Below, one piece after another: positions 26,301 through 40,818 of a stretch of 64,000 nucleotides of DNA. The stretch spans positions 46,252,001 to 46,316,000 of the forward strand of contig OZ024741.1 in assembly GCA_964016885.1 (NCBI GenBank), given 5' to 3'. The notes below the pieces were generated by a model. That model was not told the origin of the DNA and made no database searches. It was given only the letters and a program-made list of their open reading frames with translations. The position numbers and the translations under genes were made by a program. Each line of letters starts with the position of its first letter. Position 1 is the stretch's first letter. This stretch comes from Eledone cirrhosa. Its lineage: Eukaryota.

Positions 26301-26607
26301 ATGGTGGACACTGATGGACATGGTGGACACTGGTGGAGATGGTGGACATGGTGGACACTGGTGGACATTGTGGACACTGGTGGAGATGGTGGATATGGTG
26401 GACACTGGTGGACACTGGTGGACATGGTGGACATGGTGGACATGAGGGACACTGATGGACATGGTGAACATGATGGACATGGTGGACACTGTTGGACACT
26501 GGTGGACACTGGTGGACATGGTGGACATGGTTGACACTGGTGGACTTGGGTGGAGATAGTGGACACTGGTGGACACTGGTGGACACTGTGGACATGGTGG
26601 ACATGGT
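14318..26607. repeat. 12.3 kb satellite of mixed 9-bp (GGTGGACAT) and 10-bp (GGTGGACACT) monomers with higher-order duplications
   Basis: Directly visible; recurring diagnostic variants mark duplicated blocks. Confidence 0.98.
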
Positions 26608-26679
26608 CCGCTCTACGCAGGACGACGTCTTTGGGATCTCTAAACTAGGATGACTCCAGTCTCAACAAACAAGAGCAAA

Positions 26680-26684
<5 letters not shown>

Positions 26685-26771
<87 letters not shown>

Positions 26772-26875
26772 TAGAGTGTGAGATATATAACACATAGCAA
26801 AAATGAGTGAGAGAAAGAAAAAAAGGGAGAAAAAAAAGGAAGAAGAAAACAAATAAAGAAAGGAAAAACGAAAAA

Positions 26876-26935
<60 letters not shown>

Positions 26936-26979
26936 AGGAAAGAAAGAAAGAACGAAAGAAAGAAAGAAAGAAAGAAGGA

Positions 26980-27019
<40 letters not shown>

Positions 27020-27021
27020 AA
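26685..27021. repeat. (GA)n and (GAAA)n polypurine tracts
   Basis: Directly visible. Confidence 0.95.
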
Positions 27022-27095
27022 ATGAGTGCGTGATAAAAAAGGAGGATGTTGTGACGTAGTAAGCGAGATCCTGACCAGTCATATTTTTTAATGAG

Positions 27096-27520
27096 TTTGC
27101 AGGAATGAGTGTGAAATCTTTGCAGGAATTAGTGTGAATTGTTTGCAGGAATTAGTGTGAAATATTTGCAGGAATTAGTGTGAATTGTTTGCAGGAATTA
27201 GTGTGAAATATTTGCAGGAATTAGTGTGAATTGTTTGCAGGAATTAGTGTGAAATATTTGCAGGAATTAGTGTGAATTGTTTGCAGGAATTAGTGTGAAA
27301 TATTTGCAGGAATTAGTGTGAATTGTTTGCAGGAATTAGTGTGAAATATTTGCAGGAATTATTGTGAATTGTTTGCAGGAATTAGTGTGAAATATTTGCA
27401 GGAATTAGTGTGAATTGTTTGCAAGAATGTTTACAAGAATGTTTACAAGAATGTTTGCAGGAATTATTGTGAAATGTTTGCAGGAATGAGTGTGAAATAT
27501 TTGCAGCAATTAGTGTGAAA
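27096..27520. repeat. 23-bp minisatellite with alternating dimer (46-bp higher order)
   Basis: tttgcaggaattagtgtgaa followed alternately by ttg and ata. Confidence 0.95.
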
Positions 27521-27945
27521 TGTACAAAATACTGATACTGTTGGCATTTAATATATTTTCTATTGCAAATACATTCGTGAATTTCTTCATCTTGAAGTCA
27601 TCAATGCATTATGTGATGTGTATTTTTTTATTTTTTTATTTTAATTATTTTTCTCTCTCAGACTTTGAAGAATATTTTTCTCCGTTCTATAGAAATAATG
27701 TTTGATGTATTCCATAGCTAAATAACTTGAGATGTTTTCACTGATACAATTAATCTCGGTTATTTTAAAAATTCCTTATTGCTGAAATTTCTCTCACAAT
27801 GTTGATAATGAAAATTACTTTGATTTTTGTTGAATATTAATTAAAATTCCGACTTAGCTAATGGCTAGGGGTGATTTTGATATCTTTTTATTTCATATGG
27901 CTTTAATTCATTTGCTATTTACATGTTTTATATGTTTGTGTATAT

Positions 27946-28022
<77 letters not shown>

Positions 28023-28285
28023 CATATCATATACGATTATATACGTATATATACATATACAAGTATATATAAATACACAAACACATACATACATGTATAT
28101 ATACGTATGTGTATATATATATATATACATATACAAGTATATATAAATACACAACTACATACATACATGCATATATATATATATATGTATATACATATAT
28201 ATATATAAGTATATATGAATATACATATATACATCTATATACATATAATATATATATATATATGCATAGACACACAGACACACAC

Positions 28286-28342
<57 letters not shown>

Positions 28343-28418
28343 TATATAAGTATGTATGAATAGACATATGTACATCTATATACATATAATATATATATTT
28401 ATATATACATAGACACAG

Positions 28419-28450
<32 letters not shown>

Positions 28451-28829
28451 GTATATATATAAGTGTGTGTAAGAGTGTATGTGTGTGTGTTTGTGTGATT
28501 ATTGTTAAAAGATTAATATGAAATCTAATAATCGTCATTGCACCATGTGAAATAAAAGTACGAAAATAACAACCACAAAAAAAACATCCTGTCAGTCCTT
28601 CAGATCGTACATCTGATAATATCCTTCTAAAGTTGCGTTTCTGATCATTTCAGAAGAGAGCATATGAAATTAGAAATGCGTGATTAATGAATTATATGTG
28701 GTTTGGCTTTGAAAGTTTTCATTTTTGCAGACTTCTTTTTTCAACTAAAATATAAAACCGAACGATAACCTAAATTTTCCAATTTCATAATTTAACTGCG
28801 CCTGTTGTCTAGAAGTAAAAACTGACATG

Positions 28830-28936
<107 letters not shown>

Positions 28937-28972
28937 AGATATGTAGATATATATATTATGTATATATGTATG

Positions 28973-29594
<622 letters not shown>

Positions 29595-29733
29595 TGTAAC
29601 ACTATACACACACGCAAACGCATGCGCAAAGAAGACAAAATAAAATAAACAAACAAACAAATAAATAAATAAATATATAGACAGACTAAATAAAAATGGC
29701 GTAGACATACAATGTAACGGGAGGAAACAATAG

Positions 29734-29780
29734 CACCACTGACGATGTTGCAGATGTGCAACGAAAGAACTTTGATAAAC
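29734..29780 (+). ncRNA. Minimal hammerhead motif
   Basis: cacca-CTGACGA(29739-45)-t-GTTGCA-gatg-TGCAAC-GAAA-g-aa-CTT-tgat. Perfect 6-bp stem II, weak stem I. Confidence 0.6.
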
Positions 29781-30028
29781 TATATATATGTGTTTGTGTC
29801 TATATTGTATCTGTATTATTTTTGACCGTCGGTCAGTCAATGGCAACATTGTGGACCGAATAAATTAGATTACCGATATAAAAGACACAGAAGCGAAAAG
29901 CGAAAACCAACCAAACAGTGAGTGTGTTCTGTTATTAATTCTGGCAATATTATTACACAAATATGACCCTCCCCAAGTATAACAATATTTGTTTCGACAC
30001 ACGATTTCATATAAAAAAAACCTCGCAA

Positions 30029-30132
<104 letters not shown>

Positions 30133-30164
30133 TTATATATTTATACATGTCTGTATGTGAGTAA

Positions 30165-30884
<720 letters not shown>

Positions 30885-31167
30885 TTATATTATAGAGTAA
30901 AATGACAGGAGGCGAGACAGCTAGAATTCCTTCAAATTTTTGTTTCTGCAACCACTATGCACATTTCAGTGGCCAGGTTACGTATGAACCTGTTTACATC
31001 ATCAGGTGTATATTGCATAATAGTTATATACCAGAGGAATAATGGTAAACGCATTCCTAAGGGCTTTAAGGTGGAAAAGCAGAGAAGAAAAGATAGAGTA
31101 GAAACAAATGTGCTTTTTTGTTTTTACTCAAAGGCGATCATAGTAGCCCGTTGTTGGGCAGATCGCC

Positions 31168-31221
<54 letters not shown>

Positions 31222-31419
31222 ATATGCATGTATAAATGTATGTATTTGTGTGTGTGTGAGTATATGTGGGTTCATATATATATTTATACATATATAGATA
31301 GAGGTGTTACTAAGAAAGAACATTTTGTTATAGTGAAAGTTTAAGCTTGATAACCGTGCACTATATGTAGATAATCTAATTTTATCATTAGATATATACA
31401 TTAATATTATTATGCGGTG

Positions 31420-31670
31420 ACCGATGGTGCGTATACATGTGCTGAGGCTACAACATCTTCAGCTTTTCCTTGACGGTGAACAATTGCGGTCGCCGTTCAC
31501 GGGACACGTTTTTCCTTATCTCGTCTTCTTGATGGTCGAGCGAAAAACGAGGGGGAGTGCTTAGAAACTAGAATGTCTTCAGGTTCTCACGACCCTATGT
31601 TAATCAGTCAGCATGATCGGTGGAAACTACCTTGACGTTCTATAGAAGGTTAGTGGCGGATAAAAGCCCA
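31420..31670 (+). mobile_element. Decayed internal fragment of a Tx1-like LINE ORF2
   Basis: Aligns by eye to ~12545-12810 (ctgaggctacaacatctt..ttccttgacggtga..gaatgtcttcagg..gatcggtggaaact..ttctatagaagg). Confidence 0.8.
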
Positions 31671-31839
31671 AGAATCAAACCTTACAACATTATGATCGTA
31701 AGTTCAACACCCGTACTGCTAGGGCACACGTTATCACATTAGAACCATCTATAAAAAGAAAATGACGCATGAAGAAATTCTGTTGTGAAATAATTTCATT
31801 AACTGCAAAAAATACAGACGCGCTGTATTGGTTTTGCCT

Positions 31840-32078
31840 GGTAAGTCATGTTGAGCCAGTTAGTCAACCGATATGCAATGGCCGCAAAGATTGCAATGAC
31901 ATGGACACCGGTAACAGAAAGCAAAGATGGGGCATTACTAGAAACATTCTTACAGTGGACCACAGGCACACAGGACCCAGTTGGGCAACTGTAGTGAGAA
32001 CAGTGGTTCATTGACCAGGCTGACAGAAGATTGCTGTCTTGAGCGTCTTAATACGCGGTAAGACGTAAGATTAAAAGT
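31840..32078 (+). mobile_element. Probable RTE LINE 3' remnant
   Basis: Fragments AKIAMTWTP and GPSWATVVRTV resemble RTE C-termini; ends taagacgtaagattaaaagtaa. Confidence 0.45.
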
Positions 32079-32093
32079 AATATATAAGTGCAT

Positions 32094-32390
<297 letters not shown>

Positions 32391-32399
32391 ATATATATG

Positions 32400-32490
<91 letters not shown>

Positions 32491-32566
32491 CGAAGGAAAT
32501 GTGGTAAGGAACCAGGTGGACCATAACGCACCAAAGTACTCAATACTTAGGGTAGTAGAGTGGGTA

Positions 32567-32661
32567 ATAGGAACGAGTAGGACCCCGACGGCTGAGCTCA
32601 AGCCGTTTCGACGGCTAATTCTGGACTCCAGCTTGAGATCAGCCGTCGGGTCCTACTCGTT

Positions 32662-32666
<5 letters not shown>
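32567..32666. repeat. Hairpin element adjoining (TA)n; related piece at ~36338-36407
   Basis: ataggaacgagtaggaccccgacggctgagctcaagc ... gcttgagatcagccgtcgggtcctactcgttcctat. Confidence 0.8.
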
Positions 32667-32702
<36 letters not shown>

Positions 32703-32714
32703 TTAATATAGATG

Positions 32715-32765
32715 AGATTCTACAGGACTAGAACTGTTTCATTCTTTAGAAATCATCAGGAATCT
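32715..32765 (-). ncRNA. Type I hammerhead ribozyme
   Basis: Minus strand: agattc-CTGATGA-t-ttc-taaa-gaa-t-GAA-ACAG-ttctagtc-CTGT-A-gaatct. Perfect 6-bp stem I, 4-bp stem III. Confidence 0.85.
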
Positions 32766-33336
32766 GGGTATCAAAAAATAAATATGGTATTTATAGGTCT
32801 CTACAAGTGGTAGGAGAGGGTGGGGAGTGGGATGGGTGTAGGTCATTGGTTGATAGAAAAGGGAATTCATTAAAAGGTAATTCTACAAAGCTATAGTTTA
32901 TTTTTATTAATTTTTGTTTTTAGAGTAACAAGGGCAGACAGAATTCTATAAACAGGTTCCGGATGGCATACCATTCCTTGTCATTAAGTTTCTCTTAAGC
33001 TAACAGATGTCTATAAGATCAGTGGGGGGTCAGTCATGGTAGAAAGAATTAAAGGAAAGGGAGATTCTTTAAAAGCTAAATTCATTAAGGTTCTACTAAG
33101 TGACAAAGGTTCAGAGAATTCTGTAGACAGATTCAAAATACTGAGTGCATATCTTACAATTATCTTCGAACTTCTCTTAAATTAATCAACTATATGCCAA
33201 AAATCAACAGACACATTCACAAAAAAACACACTCACTCACACACTCGCGCGCAACCATAAACACACATACACATACACATATACACACATAAAAACACAC
33301 ACACATATATAAATATATTTATATACATATATATAT

Positions 33337-33377
<41 letters not shown>

Positions 33378-33512
33378 CACACATACATATATATGCACAC
33401 ACACACACACATATATATACACATATATATACACTCACACACATATATACATACACACAAATATACATGTGTATACATATACATATATATACACATAGAT
33501 ATATATATATAT

Positions 33513-33559
<47 letters not shown>

Positions 33560-33599
33560 TATAGAGAGATACACCATTCATACATATATTCATATATAT

Positions 33600-33710
<111 letters not shown>

Positions 33711-33751
33711 TACATACATATATACACAAATACATACACATATATACACAC

Positions 33752-33828
<77 letters not shown>

Positions 33829-33934
33829 AATATACATATACACATATATACACATACACACACATACAATATATATTACTGGCCCTCGAATTATTGGGGT
33901 AATCTCACAGTTATTATATATATATCATAAGGAA

Positions 33935-33993
<59 letters not shown>

Positions 33994-34022
33994 TTAGTTC
34001 CACAAAAGTTAATAAAACATAT

Positions 34023-34061
34023 TCGAGGACGCGCGTTTCACAATGTGGATTTTCAACGCGA
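34023..34061 (-). ncRNA. Minimal hammerhead motif, U3:A8 variant
   Basis: Minus strand: tcgcg-TTGAAAA-tccacattgt-GAAAC-gcgc-GTC-ctcga. Palindromic ACGCGCGT stem III; stem II very weak. Confidence 0.45.
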
Positions 34062-34476
34062 GTGAATGGGTTATAGGTATAACCCAACTAACTTCTACTG
34101 AACTCGTCCCATAGACTGAGTGCTCTTCTACTATGGATATAACCTCCCAGAGTTCTACCACTAGAAATATATAAATATATATATATATATATATTGCAGA
34201 TTTCGATGTGGACATTCCATTTTGTGTAACCTTTCCCAAAACATTACCGGTTCAAACAAGTGCACCTAGGCACGAAATTACTGGCCCTCGAATTATTGGG
34301 GTAATCTCACAGTTATTATATATATATCATAAGGAAAAAACAATGACGTTTGATTTACATGTATGCATGTTTTTAAGCGAAGCTTCATCGTTTTCCCCTT
34401 ATTATATACTCTGCCTGTGCATTGGGTAGTCATTTGGGTGCCACCACAGGTAAATCACTGAATCACTTACAATATA

Positions 34477-34539
<63 letters not shown>

Positions 34540-34938
34540 TAGTAATAGGTAGCTAAAATATCCAAGGTATAAAGCAACTCAAGTCTGTAAGGTGTGTTTG
34601 AATATAATTATTAGGGCCAGTTACTACAGCGGTGTCATACCAAGTACGTACATTTCTTTAACCCTGAGGACCAACATGTTCAAACTGTGCCGATGAAAAT
34701 GTACCGGAAAATGTTTATTCAAAAAGGAAAATATAGAACAATAAGGAAAGAGAGGATCCCCAAACCAAGCGCTAAATTAGCTAATAATTATGAGGGGGCT
34801 ACAAGACAATTGATAGACTAAGAAAAATATAAGCCAATTTTAAGGAGGCCAGTTCTTTAAATGGTGCTTAGAAACATGAGAACATTGCGAGAACCCTGTA
34901 TGGGCGTTAAGTGGTTTGTAAATATAAGAAACATCCCA

Positions 34939-35070
34939 AATTTGGCAAATAAAATATAGCAACTCAAAGATAAGAACATAGACTTCCCCATCAAATGGAG
35001 AATACTAGAAATATCTCGACCATATATAAATGGGCTCAAAATCTGCAGATTATGCAATGTTGAGAAATAG
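34939..35070 (+). pseudogene. Penelope-like element GIY-YIG endonuclease C-terminal remnant
   Basis: NLANKI*QLKDKNIDFPIKWRILEISRPYINGLKICRLCNVEK* matches the PLE pattern LS..IW.LK......I.W.IL....PY......C.LC..EK. Confidence 0.8.
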
Positions 35071-35520
35071 TGGCTAGCTAATAATCTCCACAAAAATACT
35101 GACGACAAATTTGAATACAGAACGCTGAGAGATAGAACAAATAACACGAAGCATTCTATCAGATATTTTAACGACTCTGCCAATTCGTTATCTTGTCAAA
35201 TATTAACTATTCGTATCCACTTCTCCATTAACATGTCAATCGACAACAATTGAAGTTGTAAGTTAAATTGAAATAAATAAAGTCATACATTTTTTATTTA
35301 TATCAAAATAATATTTCTGAGTTTTTAGAGACATAAATTTTTCTAGAATACTTGATTGTTGTTGTTGTTCTTTTTTCTTTTTTTTTTTTTTAGTATTTTA
35401 ACAAATTTATTCACATTCCTTGATGTTTTTCATTTGTTTTAATACATGAATTAATATGAACATGTGTATGTGTGAGAGTGAGAGAGAGTGCGTATGTGAG
35501 TGTATGTGAAAATGTATATA

Positions 35521-35555
<35 letters not shown>

Positions 35556-35675
35556 CTCTATATATATATATGCATATATACATTCTCACACACATTCACA
35601 TACATATATATACATATATATATATATATATGCATATATACATTCTCACACACATTCACATACATATATATACAC

Positions 35676-35755
<80 letters not shown>

Positions 35756-36179
35756 TTCTGTTTAAATTTTCTATGTCTATGCTTATTTTCTACTCCATGC
35801 CAAACATTTCCCCAACAATGTCTGTCAGATAATTATTTTATTAAATATGATTCATTGTATAATTGCAATATTACTGTCTAATGCTTATTTCTGACAGCAT
35901 ACCGTTTATTTATTCGTTCTGTGCTTTATTTTACCAAAATATTCAAATGTTTTTGTATTTATTTTGTTCCAATCTTGTTTATTTCGCTTTTGTTTCTTCT
36001 CAAAAGATTTCTTCGAAAACATTTTTTAATACTTTTGAAGTAAAGCATATATTTCGTGATTTTTCCTATTAGACTGCATACACACGTAGCCGCACGCACG
36101 CTCGCACACGCACGCACAAACTCACACATACACACACACATACAAACACATACGAACACACACGCACGCTTATACACAC

Positions 36180-36255
<76 letters not shown>

Positions 36256-36303
36256 GTATATATATATATATATATAAACATATATATATATATATATATA
36301 TAA

Positions 36304-36338
<35 letters not shown>

Positions 36339-36410
36339 ACGAAGATCCAGAAATAGCCGCCGAAATGGCTTGAGCTCTGCCGTCGGGGTCTTGAACATTT
36401 TCCTATATAC

Positions 36411-36496
<86 letters not shown>

Positions 36497-36642
36497 CATT
36501 CCCAAGTAAACCATAATAAACCTTTAGGGCTTATACAGGGCACTTTGTGAACCCTAATGTAGCGATCAGATCAACTATTATGCTATGTGTGTAGAACAAG
36601 CAAGTAGCATGATCATCTTTATGTGCAGATATTTCTTCACAA

Positions 36643-36968
36643 GTGCCATGGCGGAGAAGTGGCAAGGTGTGCAGACTCGACCGGTTAGAAGCACATAGTC
36701 ACAAATCTACACTGGGTAGCTCAAATGTTATCCTAACGTCGATGCATGTTAACTTAAACACCAACATGCTTCGGTGGAGTCTTGAGCGTCTGAGCACCGC
36801 TTTTGAGGGACGCATTGCTCACCCATAGCAATTGGGAAGGGTTTAGAAAAGGTGACCTAAACAAAGCCTGTTCGATCATGAAACTGGCCAGCAGATGGCA
36901 GTGATTCATAATAGCACGGAATTCGTTGAAGAGATGGCCGTCTTCTATAAAGAAGAGGTAGTTATCAT
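36643..36968 (+). mobile_element. Possible second SINE or RTE-UTR-derived element
   Basis: GC-richer island with a tRNA-like start (gccatggcggagaagtggcaagg) and gggtttagaaaaggtgacctaaacaaagcctg, recalled as similar to RTE 5' UTR/Ceph domain. Single copy here. Confidence 0.35.
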
Positions 36969-36979
36969 ATATATGTATG

Positions 36980-37034
<55 letters not shown>

Positions 37035-37281
37035 CTGATGTGCTTAATCACGTGACTGCATCGACTAACCAAACTTCACTCATATATGAAAAAACAACCT
37101 GAGCCCCCTTTGATTGAAGGCAAATATAATAAGAACTTTGTAACCCGAACTGGCGCGAAATTTATTATACTTATTCACCAACCAACCAAATTACATCTCG
37201 AGCCACTTTTTTCCATATAAAACAGAAGTAACATTTAAAGACCAACCAGATGTGAGAAAAACGACAAGCCCTCCATCTCAA

Positions 37282-37326
37282 TTCTATTTTTGAAAAGCAG
37301 AAGAACTGCGAAACGGGTAAAGGAAC
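37282..37326 (+). ncRNA. Minimal hammerhead, U3:A8 variant (paralogue of 1087-1129)
   Basis: ttctattt-TTGAAAA(37290-96)-GCAG-aagaa-CTGC-GAAAC-gg-GTA-aaggaa. Confidence 0.6.
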
Positions 37327-37572
37327 CAAATAAATATATATATATTTTTAAATAGACTCCTGTTGCATTTTCGATTTCATCTTTTTTCTTATACTTTCAC
37401 TCGTGTAGGACACCTCGGTTTTTTTTCATTTTCTAAAAAAAACCTTACTTTCTAATATATATATATATATATAATAGGGTATAAGTATCGTAGGAGATGA
37501 GTAAACAGAGAGATTCAGGGTCGAAACATGTGTAAGAGTTTTAACGGCTTGTAACTCCTTCATTCATTTGCT

Positions 37573-37614
<42 letters not shown>

Positions 37615-37656
37615 CGTGTGTGTGTATGTATGTGTGTGTGTGTGTGTGTGTGTTTG

Positions 37657-38112
37657 TGTAATCTGAGTTTTTCGAATATTAATAATAATATTTGATTCGT
37701 TTACAATTATGCAAACAGCTTCTTTAAAGCCATGTCAGTAGATAGGCCAATCAGTCTCATGAAACTGACTGGCTCATCTGCGGATATGCAAATCTGGCTG
37801 ATCAGTGGGTCTGCTAATATGCAGATCTGACTGATCAGGCAGTCTGCTAATATGCAAATCAGGCCGATCAGTCACTGTATATTTTAGAAAATATCATATA
37901 TTTTCACTAGCTCTGACAGTTGACAGGTAAAAAGTATACTGTACTGATGAAGGGTAATCACCCAGAAACATTAATGTCTGCAGTTCTGTTTACATGCCAA
38001 CACAAGAGAAACAATGATAGGGTAATTTTACTGACATGGCTTTAAAGAGGCTGTTTGCATAATTGCAAATGAATCGAATATTATTATTAATATTCGAAAA
38101 ACTCAGATTACA
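37657..38112. mobile_element. Fold-back element (~84-bp arms) enclosing promoter-like motifs and a hammerhead
   Basis: 37657-37740 is inverted at ~38029-38112; flanked by (TG)n and (TA)n. Confidence 0.8.
37938..37984 (+). ncRNA. Minimal type I hammerhead ribozyme
   Basis: actgta-CTGATGA(37944-50)-a-GGGT-aatc-ACCC-a-GAAAC-attaat-GTC-tgcagt. 6-bp stem I, palindromic ACATTAATGT stem III. Confidence 0.88.
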
Positions 38113-38150
38113 TTTATTGTATTCAGCCATGTAGAGCGATAAACTATTTG

Positions 38151-38226
<76 letters not shown>

Positions 38227-38228
<2 letters not shown>

Positions 38229-38521
38229 CAATAGCCTGGGGTTCAAGGGCCCTCAACTCTTTAATAAGCTGCCGAGGGATTTGAGAGATCTGCATGGTGT
38301 GGATGTGGATCTTTTCAAGAAACACCACGACACCTTGCTATCCAGGATCCCGGATGAGCCCACAGCACGGCACGAGGGAAACCTAAGGGCAGCTGCAACG
38401 AACTCCCTCTTGCACCAGTGGCCAACCAATACAGGCTGGAGACAAAATGTGTAGCAACAAGGGCGGTGCTCCAGTATGGCTTCAGCCGGATGGCCGCAAC
38501 AGGTAAAATAGTAAAAGAGTA

Positions 38522-38522
<1 letters not shown>
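38227..38522 (+). mobile_element. CR1-group LINE 3' end
   Basis: CNSLGFKGPQLFNKLPRDLRDLHGVDVDLFKKHHDTLLSRIPDEP..RAAATNSLLHQ, a typical CR1-group C-terminus, followed by a short UTR. Confidence 0.85.
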
Positions 38523-38613
<91 letters not shown>

Positions 38614-38636
38614 TATATATGCTTATACATATATAC

Positions 38637-38672
<36 letters not shown>

Positions 38673-38779
38673 AATTATCTCTTTTGGTTGCTGACATAAC
38701 AATTAAAGAACATTTAAACATTTTATGTTATAAACAGATTTTCCAATTCAGGTGTTGAATGGAATCATTAGGAAAGTGT

Positions 38780-39957
38780 TTACTGTTATATTTTGTTTTG
38801 TTGTTATTGCTGTTGTTTTTGATGCATTTATTGCTGTTGTTAATGTTGTTGCTGGTGTTATTGCTGTCGGTATTGGTGTTATTGTTATTGTTGTTGCTCT
38901 AGTTTTTGATATTACTATTGTGGCTGTTATTGTTGTGACTGTTATTGCTAACGTTACTGTCATCGCTGTGCTGTGGTTATTGTTGTTACTATTGTTGCTG
39001 TTGTCACTGTTATTACTGTCGTCGTTGTTGTTGTTACTATTATTGCTGTTGTCACTGTTATTACTGTCGTCGTTGTTGTTGTTACTATTATTGCTGTTGT
39101 CACTGTTATTACTGTCGTCGTTGTTGTTGTTACTATTATTACTGTTGTCGTTGTTGTTGTTACTATTATTGCTGTTGTCACTGTTATTACTGTCGTCGTT
39201 GTTGTTGTTACTATTATTGCTGTTGTCACTGTTATTACTGTCGTCGTTGTTGTTGTTACTATTATTGCTGTTGTCACTGTTATTACTGTCGTCGTTGTTG
39301 TTGTTACTATTATTGCTGTTGTCACTGTTATTACTGTCGTCGTTGTTGTTGTTACTATTATTGCTGTTGTCACTGTTATTACTGTCGTCGTTGTTGTTGT
39401 TACTATTATTGCTGTTGTCACTGTTATTACTGTCGTCGTTGTTGTTGTTACTATTATTGCTGTTGTCACTGTTATTACTGTCGTCGTTGTTGTTGTTACT
39501 ATTATTGCTGTTGTCACTGTTATTACTGTCGTCGTTGTTGTTGTTACTATTATTGCTGTTGTCACTGTTATTACTGTCGTCGTTGTTGTTGTTACTATTA
39601 TTGCTGTTGTCACTGTTATTACTGTCGTCGTTGTTGTTGTTACTATTATTGCTGTTGTCACTGTTATTACTGTCGTCGTTGTTGTTGTTACTATTATTGC
39701 TGTTGTCACTGTTATTACTGTCGTCGTTGTTGCCACCATTAGTCCAGTCATTCTGTTATTGCTGTTATTGTAGTTACTGTTGTTGTTGTTGTTGTTACTG
39801 TTATTGCAGTTACTGTTGTTGTTGTTGTTGTGTTGTTACTGTTATTGTAGTTACTGTTGTTGTTGTTGTTGTTACTGTTATTGTAGTTACTGTTGTTGTT
39901 GTTGTTGTTGTTACTGTTATTGCAGTTACTGTTTTTGTTGTTGTTGTTGTTACTGTT

Positions 39958-39996
<39 letters not shown>

Positions 39997-40143
39997 ATTG
40001 CAGTTATTGTTGTTGTTGTTGTTACTGATATTGCAGTTACTGTTGTTGTTGTTGTTGTTACTGTTATTGTAGTTACTGTTGTTGTTGTTGTTGTTGTTAC
40101 TGTTATTGCAGTTACTGTTTTTGTTGTTGTTGTTGTTACTGTT

Positions 40144-40179
<36 letters not shown>

Positions 40180-40406
40180 ATTGCAGTTATTGTTGTTGTT
40201 GTTGTTACTGATATTGCAGTTACTGTTGTTGTTGTTGTTGTTACTGTTATTGTAGTTACTGTTGTTGTTGTTGTTGTTGTTACTGTTATTGCAGTTTCTG
40301 TTGTTGTTGTTGTTGTTGTTACTGTTATTGCAGTTACTGTTGTTGTTGTTGTTACTGATATTGTAGTTACTGTTGTTGTTGTTGTTGTTACTGATATTGC
40401 AGTTTC

Positions 40407-40440
<34 letters not shown>

Positions 40441-40782
40441 ACTGTTATTGCAGTTACTGTTGTTGTTGTTGTTGTTGTTGTTACTGTTATTGCAGTTTCT
40501 GTTGTTGTTGTTGTTGTTGTTAATGTTATTGCAGTTACTGTTGTTGTTGTTGTTGTTGTTACTGTTATTGCAGTTTCTGTTGTTGTTGTTGTTGTTACTG
40601 TTATTGCAGTTTCTGTTGTTGTTGTTGTTGTTACTGTTATTGCAGTTACTGTTGTTGTTGTTGTTGTTACTGTTATTGCAGTTACTGTTGTTGTTGTTGT
40701 CGTTACTGTTATTGCAGTTTCTGTTGTTGTTGTTGTTACTGTTATTGCAGTTACTGTTTTTGTTGTTGTTGTTGTTACTGTT

Positions 40783-40818
<36 letters not shown>

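Noticed and set aside
14114-26604. Very long minus-strand ORFs (up to 2440 aa; His/Cys/Pro/Ser/Thr-rich)
   Set aside because: The 9/10-bp monomers lack stops in all three minus frames and the frames interconvert; this is a satellite artefact.
27096-27520. CRISPR-like appearance of 23-bp repeats
   Set aside because: Contiguous tandem units, no spacers, no cas genes, eukaryotic context.
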